Shown: in pieces, positions 12,801-22,460 of the stretch
Layout of the letters: each line of letters starts with the position of its first letter
How positions within the stretch are numbered: the first letter of the stretch is position 1
Assembly (NCBI GenBank): GCA_977030845.1
Contig: OZ365114.1
Span: 20,646,001-20,710,000 of the forward strand
DNA: 64,000 bases
Reading direction: 5' to 3'
Source: Fimbriosthenelais zetlandica
Lineage: Eukaryota
Position numbers and translations under genes: made by a program
The notes under the pieces: generated by a model
Database searches by the model: none
The model's input: only the letters and a program-made list of their open reading frames with translations
What the model was told of the DNA's origin: nothing

Positions 12801-15100
12801 TGACCTCAGACAGTAAAGGACAAGCCGAGCTTCCGCCTGTCACACTTGTGAAGCCACAGCTATTGTGGACTGAGTGGAATAATTGGCCTTCAAATTATCC
12901 TCACCCGCCCACCTATTTCATATAGGATTTAATGCCATAGACTTTATAAACCTAACCCCTTTTAGATTGGCTTGAAAATGCATGTAATGGGCTTGTGGCA
13001 ATTGAAAAAAGGAAAATACTTGAGCTTGCCATTCAAATGGTCTGATTCTATATGGAAAAAGTCCAAACTCTATAACTCTATGAATATGTGAAGAAGAATG
13101 GATATAGCAAGAAAGGGCATGGTGCATTATTTTTATACCACATATACCTTAACCATAAATGCCACTGGGGTGGGGACGTACATTGTATGGGTATATAACT
13201 GTTGCCTATTATATATAGCATGAGGTACCTCGGGCTTCCAACAGCACAGGGAAGTCAAGTTCTCACGAGATCAATTGGCACGTAGGAAACCTCTATGGGG
13301 TGTTCCTCTCCAAGACATATTGTATAGAGGAGGTCTGCATAATGGCCCTTGCTCACACACACTCTCCCATCGTCGCCAGAATTCTTTGTCTCATGTCCAC
13401 TAGGCCTGAAAAGCACCGATTGTGTCTTGAGGATGCTAGCAAGATTTTCCCACACTCTCGTCTCATATTATGTCCATAGGATGAAAATAAGCTTCTCCTG
13501 AGATTCGTCTTCTATACATAGACACCACAATGTGTCTGTGTGCGTGTATGTATGTTTTATCTGTGTATTAGGTGTGTGTATTCCAGGTGTTAAATGAGTC
13601 TGAGTCATAGGGTGTGGGCCCCTTGCCCAGAGCAGTTCCAGTGTCTATGTATGTGGCACCAATGTGGTGCCTCTTTATAATTTATAGGATAAAGACTCTG
13701 TTATTAAAGGAACCCTCTATATACAGCCTCTTACATTCCAATAAGTCTAATGTAGAGTGAAATCCCAATGGACAGTACTACTCATTTGGTATAAGGGATA
13801 TTTATTCTGGAAGTGATTTTTGGCGAATTGTACCCGAAATTAGAGTGCGGATTTTGCGTGTCTGATGTTCCCATGCATTGCTTTAGAATGTGCAGTCCTG
13901 TCTATACTCACACAATGGGAGCACACTTGGCATCGTGTGTCGCCTCTTGCACAATACATTTCCTAAGTCAGGGGTGGTCTCACGGCTGGTAAGGTCTCAT
14001 TACTCACGACCACACTTACTTTACATTGTAAAAACTCTTATATTACGGTATCTCACAGTAAAGGCGATTACACCCAGTGAACATGGAACCGTTAGATTGA
14101 AGTTTGTTAATCGTTTTGATGGGCCAGCCTGACGAACCCTGAATTAAAACGTTTATCAAACCATCTGTGCGACGGATTCTTAAAAACTGTTGAAGAATAT
14201 ATGATTTTCACACTTATCTTTATATGTATGGACAAGTTTATGTAGTTCAATAATTCCATTAAATCCACGATTACATTAAATAAAACAATAAATATAATTT
14301 GATGTCTATATGTATGTGATGCCCTGGTAACAAGTCTAAAGGGGTAGAGTGCTGGTAAATAGATAATACTTGGGAAGTGGCATTGATTGCTTTCAAAAAA
14401 TTGAACCATAACCATTCAAGGAATATAGCATGGAAATATAGTATAGCGATAGAACATGCATTATAACTGGTGTCATGTCTACATATAGGAACCAATTCTG
14501 ACATTTTGGCAGTGACGCGTTTCTGTTCAATATATATAATCATGCATTGAATAATATGACATTCTGAAGGAGAAAATAGCTGACTTTGTCAAGCATTATG
14601 ACAATTAATAACTAATATAATACATGTATGTTACAGTTTAACAAATAATCTTACAATAATTATAAATAAAATATCTATATATTCACATCAATTTAACATC
14701 CACTTATGTTAATATAACCTTGACATATTCAACCATTTATAATATAGATTTTGAATTATTATACATTTCATATTGCACGTTCAATTCCTTTTGATATATT
14801 ATAACAATTATTTACACTTTGTGTTCAGTGTATGTTCTAGCACTTAACTGTCTATAAAGGCTTGGGTTCCAACCCAATTTTTGTGGTACCAGAAAACTTT
14901 TCTGTTTTGATTATTCTCCAAACAGTTTGCATACAAAGGAGTCAGAGGTTACATAATTGGTGGCCATTTTGACTGTCATGCCTACTTTCAAGTATTCATC
15001 CTGAATCGAGGTGTAGTATTTCAAATAACCCCCTGCGTTTTGATGACTTCGGATAATTGGACAGATCTGTAATTGTTCTCAATAGAAGCCAGAGGTTTCT

Positions 15101-15106
15101 TTTATT
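15101..15106 (-). terminator. Candidate polyadenylation signal (AATAAA) of ZF-A
   Basis: First minus-strand AATAAA I found after the stop, about 520 nt downstream. Confidence 0.3.
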
Positions 15107-15624
15107 GAAACGTGCCAAGAAAGCATTATTGGCATCACCTTTTCTGAACGTTCTGCACTAATGCTTTCACCTGGAATATTTGATAACCTGGCCCATGCAG
15201 TCAACCACCCCATTTTTTCATTGCACCTCCACGGTTTTTGTGTATGTACAAATCTGTCGTTGGTTTTCAGAAGCAGGACCTTTATAACCGTGTGTAGTAA
15301 TTCGGTTGTAAACACAGGCGCCATGTCAAATGTTGTATGACAGAACGTGTGTTTCCATGGTGAACAACCACTCCGGGAAAGATTCCAACACAAACTTTCC
15401 CATCTCTAGCTCTCTCCTATACAATAACTCTTCACCTAACATGCACATATACAATTCTCCACTTTTTCTACCACATCCTAAAAAGTTGTCGCTTCAGTTC
15501 ATGATAAAACGCTACCGTTAAATTCGCACCTAATATTTTGATAGAATTGAATAGTAAAAAAACATACCTTAGACGGTTGCTGTCTATATATTGAGATTAA
15601 AGGGGTATGGGTCATTTACTAAGG

Positions 15625-17119
15625 TTAATTGGCCAAATCGACCACATCAATTAGGGCGTTGGAATCATCTTCCACATCCACCGGGGATAAAGGCATGTCA
15701 TCGACCGTGTGGAGATGTTCGTCTTTGTGGTGGTGGTGGTTGGTGGTGGTCGGAGTGGTGGTGCTAGGGTGGTGGTGGTGGTGGGGAGATGAAGATAGCC
15801 TCCTTGATATAACTGAGGGTTCTGTAGTTGTACTATGGGCTTGTGTAGGTGAGGGGGAAGAGGAGGAGAGGGGAGGAGGGGGTCGTCTATCAGAGGATAG
15901 TGAGATATGGGAGGGGAAGACAGGGGAGAAGGACGGGGTAGAGGAAGAAGCTTCTTCTTTATGAGGGGAACAATCCATATCATTGTCTTCTGAATCAGTC
16001 GACTGTCTTTCATGCACCTTTTTGTGTCGCTCCAAATTGGACTTGTGACTAGTAGCGTAGTCACACTGACTACACATATAGTCTTTCTGTCCACTGTGGA
16101 CGGTCAGATGCCTTTTGAGGAGAGCTTTCCTACAGAAATTTCTCCCACAGAAGCGACACATGTAGCCGTTACTATGGAAAATGAGAACATGGTCGCGGAG
16201 GGAAGCTTTATTTTTGAACACCACCCCGCAGCATTCCAGGGCTTTGTCACACTCCTGATGCATGGTCGCTATGTGTCTTTTCAGATTATTTTTCCGGTCT
16301 GTAATGTAGCGACACTGCGGGCAGCCAAAGAGTTTCTTTCCCAGGGGATAGTGTCCCATGCGGGCCAAGTCAAGGAATGGGTTGGCAGCTTTGGCAAACG
16401 GGTCGGCGGCGGCTAGGTACTGGGAGGCAGCCAGGGCCTTGTCGGCGCCCAGGAATTGCTGGAGGTGTGAGAGGGTGTATGGAGATTGGGAAGTTTGAAA
16501 CCACATGGGCATTGACATGGGAAAAGCGGGGTGGTGGTGGTGGTGGTGTGGGTGGTGGGGGACGGCGGCCGCGGCAGCAGAGACCGACTGGCCGACTCCA
16601 CAGTGGCCGCCTCCACCGCCCCCTCCTCCGCCACCACCTCCACCTGGCGCGGCGTCCTTGAGTCCCATCATCACGGCCGCCGTCCGTTCGTCTACTCCAG
16701 GGTAGGCGGGCGGGCAGAGACCGTGGAGGTGCGCCGCGGCAGCCGCTTGTTGCTGATGAACTCCTGTACCTGACCCCCCTCCTCCTCCGGGCATGCCTGG
16801 ATGGTGGTGATGGTGGTGGTGGAGACCTAAATGTGGGTGGTGCCCTGTAGGTACTTCCTTTGTAGAACATGGACTGCTGGCACTGGAGAGACTGTTGTTA
16901 TTGGTACAGGAGGAAGGGACTGATTTAAAGGCGCTGGTGGAGGATGTAGAGGAGGAGGGTGGGGAATGGGAGGGTAGACCCGGGAGGGAGGGACCACTGG
17001 CGGCCGGGGATCCTCCCGTACTGGGCCCTCCACCTCCTCCTGGACCTCCTCCTCCAGCAGGTCCTCCTCCTGCTCCTCCACATTGCTGGCCCATGGTGGG
17101 GCCCATCATCAGGGGCCAT
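15625..17119 (-). CDS. ZF-A: main coding exon of a 4x C2H2 zinc-finger transcription factor (~505 aa with the upstream micro-exon); fingers at 16006-16329; poly-Gly/His/Ala/Ser low-complexity regions
   Basis: Long ORF ending at TAA 15625-15627. Fingers: CPQC..HIATMH, atypical ECCG..HVLIFH, CRFC..HLTVH, CSQC..HKKVH with an SGQKDY linker. The ORF-track start (17136) is a TTG inside a pyrimidine-rich acceptor (tttttctcttgtctattatcag/cag), so the exon starts at 17122 or 17119 in phase 2. About 95% aa identity to ZF-B over the 108-aa finger array. Confidence 0.92.
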
Positions 17120-19351
17120 CTGCTGATAATAGACAAGAGAAAAACTCATAAATAACTAGCAATCATTATAAGCCCTAAAACCCTATAAATCTAAAACCTC
17201 GCTAAAAATAATAAGGTTACATTTGTACCAAAAAACTGTTCTATACTCAATACAAAAATCTACAATACAAAAAGAAATTGATTAAAAGTCTCTCCTTTGA
17301 GACTACGTGGAAACCTTAATTTGGAATTTTGAGGAAACAATTAAGAATTAGAAAGAGAGAAGTGCATTTAGGAGCTGGTGATTGGGAATTGGTAATGACA
17401 GTTTACAAAGTCAATATGTTTCTTTACATTAATGTCCCGCCCTCCTATTATACTCCCGTTCCGGGTACACATATAAACCATTGTCCACCTTCCTCCTTCT
17501 CACTATACAACTCAAAGGCCCATATAATAAAATTTCACAATGATTTCAAAATCGCGTGAGAGTTAATGTTGCGAGGGGAGCCTTTGGACGCGGGATGACG
17601 CGGCTCTCCCTCCGCTTCCGGACTCCCCATGGTCCGGCGTGAACAGACCCAAAACAAGGCCGTCCTACCACGCTTATTTCACGTGTATACGTTAAATGAT
17701 TTATATAATTGCTTAGTATTACGGCCACAATTCCCGTTATAATAAAACAGGACTCTTTTCCTAATTTCCAGGACCACAATGACGCATATCCCGTCGCTTG
17801 TCGAAATTCAAATATTTGTTCAAATTGATATTCTCTGACGCATTCCCATTTCTATTTTGAAAGAATGTTTATTAAAGAGTCCAGTATTTTGAGAATTATA
17901 AAATATTAGTTTGTTTATGCCCTTTCGTGCGACTAATGCCATGATATTAAACACCATGATATACCCATTAATTTTACATTAGTCGCGTTAAACATTTGAA
18001 ATATGATAAGAGCAGTAGACAGTTAACATTGCCATAATATTTCTATACATAGTTTATGGTCAAGCATCTCACAGTTTTATTTGGTATAAGACGCATGTAG
18101 TTGTCTCTTATAATGATAGGAAATGAATTTATCATCTTTAAAATACAATAAAATGCATTTCATAACAGGCAAAAATTGGCCCTTCGATTTGGGTGCCGAC
18201 CAAATGAAATTCGAACGGCGTCCAAATTTCATATGGACGCCATCCAAATTTGACCCCTCGTAAAACGCGTGGTCGGAAAGTGCATTACAAGAAATAAAGC
18301 ATTTTTCTCTCATCAAATATATTGAAAGCAACATAAAGTCCACTTGGATTATGATAAGTGGTTGTTGCTGCTGAGATTTGCTGGTATTTGTTGAATGAAA
18401 CATAACTGTAGCATGACATGTCAAGTGGGATCACGAATAATGAAGCAGTGAGCTGGCCAGTCCTCACCCACCTCCTCTCCCACATGTGCCAGTATCATGT
18501 GGGTCACTATTAATAAACATGATGCACTATTAGTCCTGTAAATGGTCTCCTATAGCCAGACACAAAAATCCATCTACATCAACATTACTGCTGCCTTCAC
18601 AATAATAGATTCACCTGTTATTCTTTGTGTACATAAATGTCATCATCCACGTAACCGGCTTCCAAACACATTTATCTGTTTCAAGTACATAATTTGTCGG
18701 AGAGGAATGTATTTTTTTAATCAGATGTCATCGCTGATGAGATATTTTGTCCTCTCAGATAGTTCATGAACATGTCTCAACTTGAGAGTAACATCGGTAT
18801 TTCTATTTTAAGAATTGTTATTGCTAAAAAAATAACTACGTGTACAATGTATACCAATTTTCTGTTTGAAGGATGACGCGATTGAATGCAGTAGCTGGAC
18901 GCGCGGACCGAACTGCTCTTCATGGCAAATAATCGTGTAACGCCCGGAAAACTCGACTCAGGTATGTATCGACATGTATATAGCATAAAAATATCCTCCA
19001 CATACACTGAGGTGACTATATATACCATCTTTTTATAAGGAAGGTGATTTTTTTTCTAATCGCTAAATGTGTCACAAATATGTGAAGTTTGCGTCAGGTG
19101 AAAATATTTCTTTGTGTTAACAGACAAAACAACATACCGTTCACCATGAAAATATTGTCCCAATTACCTTCAGATTTACTTGATTATTTCGTATACCCCA
19201 AAATGATGACAGTATAAGATATTTATAATGATAATGCCACCTTCATAATAATTCGCGTCACTCTCGGATATTATGATGGATATTATCTTTCACATAGATA
19301 TAGTAAATTAATTGTAATATATTGGAGAGAGATAGGAAGAGTCGGTCTTAC

Positions 19352-19374
19352 CTGAGATTAACAGAGAGATACAT
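19352..19374 (-). CDS. ZF-A start-codon micro-exon (M-Y-L-S-V-N-L-R/S)
   Basis: Minus strand reads ATG TAT CTC TCT GTT AAT CTC AG|GTAAGA. The strong donor is phase 2, matching the 17119/17122 acceptor. Same length from MYL and same phase as the ZF-B micro-exon. Confidence 0.78.
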
Positions 19375-20016
19375 GATGTTGATCTGTAATTTAACCCCTC
19401 CTGGGTGAACCGTGGAGGAAGCGAGGGCCTGGAGGGGACAAGCTCCCGTATACTGGTATTGAACCCCCTCTTCCTCCTACCCCTCCTGTCGCTCAACCCA
19501 CTCTCCTGCACTTCCTTCACAAATGTTTGCACCTAATCATATAAAGTATATAGATGCAGGAGGAACAAGTCCAATCCCCTCCAGGGGGAAGTTGAAAAGT
19601 GATCCTTATCAAATCTTATCACTCCATTTTTGTCTGTGTCCGTCTCTTCCTGTAATGGCATTAACACTGATATTTCCCCGCGTGAAGTTACAGAGTTATG
19701 TCAGGGATTTTGACTGCCTGTTCCGTTTTTGGTGTTTGTATTGACTGACTGAGTTTGTGGTAAGAAGAAGTGGTCTAATAATAATGACAACAAGAGAAAA
19801 TAGGTGTGGTTAAGGTGGAATGGTGGTTTTGGGAGTTCCTTGAGACACCTTCCTTTCACACCACTGGCACCGCTCAAGTGTCAAAGTAGTCCGCTACTGA
19901 GTACATGAAATAGGAGCGCAGCTAATTTATGCCCCAGGTATAGGGGGAGCGAGTGAGGTGGTGCTGGTGGTGGGAGAGAAGGGATGAATGAATGGACGCT
20001 CCGTTGGTCATGCCCT

Positions 20017-20070
20017 ACTCTCTTTCTCTCACTCTCACTCTCACTCTCTCATTCTCACTCACTCTCTCCC
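20017..20070. repeat. (CTCTCA)n tract adjacent to the ZF-A promoter
   Basis: ctctcactctcactctcactctctcattctcactcactctc. Confidence 0.8.
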
Positions 20071-20125
20071 AACCCGCGCGCTGCTTCTTTCTCCTCCTGT
20101 CTTCACAACTGCTGTTATCCATGAG
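20063..20125 (-). other. Possible non-coding first exon of ZF-A (5' boundary approximate)
   Basis: A|GTGAGT donor at 20062-20057, about 80 nt downstream of the E-box/CCAAT module. Candidate acceptors lie just upstream of the ATG (exon start 19400 or 19383). This mirrors the arrangement in ZF-B. Inference, no transcript data. Confidence 0.35.
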
Positions 20126-20142
20126 AGAAATGAGAAATAGAC

Positions 20143-20169
20143 CACGTGACTGAAAGCGACCAATGAGCG
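20143..20169. promoter_or_regulatory. ZF-A promoter module: E-box CACGTG - 11 nt - CCAATGAGCG (USF/bHLH-ZIP + NF-Y type)
   Basis: CACGTG 20143-20148 and CCAAT 20160-20164. Identical spacing and an identical CCAATGAGCG occur upstream of ZF-B. Confidence 0.62.
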
Positions 20170-22419
20170 TCCATGAATCTGACCCATTCACTGGTCAATG
20201 CTGAGTGATCGGTATAGTACAGCGCTACAGCCTCCAAATTCGTGACAATTCTAGACCAAAAAATGATAAAATATTCGTTCTCGCAAATTTGTGTATACTT
20301 CATACACAGAAAACATGCAAAAACTATTAAAGAAGTGAGCCACTTTTGAGAAACATTTTTGAGAAACAATTTTACTTTCTTTCCTTTTCGCCCCTCCACC
20401 CTTTTGAAAACAAGTACTCGTCTATCCCTTCATTCCCGTTTTGTGTGTCAGTTTTAAAAGCACATATTTGTTCTCGTATGAGGCCGAGCGATATAGGGCG
20501 ACGCGACCGCGTCACATGCAGAGATAACTACATGGCTGAGACAGAAGAAAGAAAACCCCATCGCCATAGCAACCACGGGGGGTCCTCTAGTAACCTACCC
20601 CTCAGAGGTTCCCCTCACAAGTTTCTCTGTAATTTCTGTCATTGCCGTGAGGTGGCTTTGGGGATCGAGGGGAAAAGTGCAGGTACGACCTGGTTCTGTC
20701 CATTGACATGGTTAAAAGCTCTAGTCAGAATGGCCTATACTCCCGATTTCAGGGACAAAAATGTGAAGACTTGTCCCTTACCTTTCAAAATCCACTGCAT
20801 TATGAAAAGGCCTTTCATATTGGTGCTTTATTTCAATGATCAATTTTTGAAGTGAACCAAAATTGCAATATTTCTTACTCGAACTCGAACATCAGCTGCT
20901 CCCGTAGCCTTCCGCGGGTTCAATGTATTGGGTGGGGTGTATCCTATAGGATGTATACTATGCACATAAGGTTCAATGTATACAATATACACCTTGATGA
21001 ATGGTTATTGTGTCGCACTGTATCAAGTTCCCCTACGGTCAATTTAACAGCACCATTGTTGTGGTATATAGAGGGCAATAGGACCCAAATAAGTGTGTAA
21101 TTGTGGGATAGGGCACCAGCAAAAATATACCACTGACCACGATAAGGAGAGAGAGTAGGGGATGGATATGAGGAGACGGCTCAGGAGTGTAATGTACTCC
21201 TTTATGATAATTTTTTGACTGAAATTTATTTTTATAATGGAGAGGGTTATGTGTCATAGGCGGTGATGCAGTGAACACAGTAAATATTAATTATCTATGG
21301 GTCATGAGGCTGAAAGGTTGGGGCTTTAATGATTAATGCTTAACTCACGACTCCTGTGGATTTAAGCCTCACAAATTAGTCACAATTGTAATGAATCAGA
21401 GCAGATTTCATAGGTCCAATTCACACATTTAACCATATAAAGTGCGACTTTATAATCTAAGCATTTTTTTGATTATATTTAAATATCAAATTGTGTTCCC
21501 TATATGAGAAGAATCGTCATTCAGGTGTATTCCTTTTGTTTTTATTTTTAACCTAGACCTTTAACTTCGATCAGGTGAAAACCATTTTTCTACGTGTTTA
21601 TATTTGAGTTTTTACTATGATTTCGTAGCGTATTGATCCCTGGTAGAGTGCACGGCAGGATGACTTTACATGTGTACACAGATTGTGTCAATAATAAATT
21701 GGGCGTCAGGAGGAGGAGAAATGGACGCTTTCCGTGCAGGTGCAGGGGGAGGAGGTGGTGGCGGCGGCCACTTCCCATCCATCCTCCCCACACACCAGCT
21801 TGTTTATACATTTGTATATCAACATGTGCAATACGAGACAATGAAATATGATTCCCATTCAAAGTCCGTATGTCTTCCTGCATTGCTACACTTGTCTTTC
21901 ATGAAGGGACTTTTGGGAAAGAATTATGTGGAATCGGCTCATTTTACGAAACTTAAATTCAAATGGGTATTGTGAGATTCCCTCCAAAAGAAGCACTAAA
22001 TACATGACAGTCAGGACAACCGAAAATTTCACAACATTGTAACACATCTTCTCTTTCATTTGCCTCAACACCATTCCCTGCTAAGACTTTTACTCTATAG
22101 TATAGGAAGTATGAGAATCATCCATGTTTTCCATCTCTCGCCTCTTCCCTTCACTTCCTGTCCCTCCCTAAACACCAACATCTGGGTGTTTGTGGGTTTT
22201 TAAGACGTCGCCAGAAAGTCACAGATTTCTCTCTCACTTCCCCTGCTGCACCATCTGAGTTCCTATAGGCCAAAGCCAACTGTTTTTGACAGAGGTCGAG
22301 ATTTATGGGTTTTTCTCACACGACAGGTTTTCAATTTCCAACTCGCCGTGCAGGAGTTGCATGCATCTGTCGGTCTGGTGCCTCGCCTACCTGCCGCATG
22401 GGGGCACCTTGACTTCATT

Positions 22420-22460
22420 CACCTTTGCGCGCATGCGCCCATAAAAAGCGGACGCGCATC
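22420..22460. promoter_or_regulatory. NRF1-like element
   Basis: GCGCATGCGC 22429-22438 followed by CATAAAA and GACGCGCAT. Confidence 0.35.

Noticed and set aside
15101-15624. Similar stop-to-AATAAA distance in ZF-A (~520 nt) and ZF-B (~525 nt)
   Set aside because: The 3'UTR sequences show no alignable similarity, so this is probably coincidence.
15629-17155. Many overlapping ORFs on both strands over ZF-A, and likewise over ZF-B (49942-50917), including similar antisense peptides MHLFV...
   Set aside because: Shadows of GC-rich coding sequence. Their mutual similarity simply reflects the paralogous sense-strand fingers.
20346-20855. 169-aa plus-strand ORF divergent from the ZF-A promoter; likewise ORFs 31747-32295, 35162-35668 and 46499-46945
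   Set aside because: No recognisable domain or convincing splice context. Lengths are compatible with chance ORFs in GC-richer regulatory DNA.
21721-21975. MDAFRAGAGGGGGGGGHFPS... Gly-run ORF
   Set aside because: A short GGN low-complexity patch followed by AT-rich non-coding-like sequence, with no supported downstream exon.
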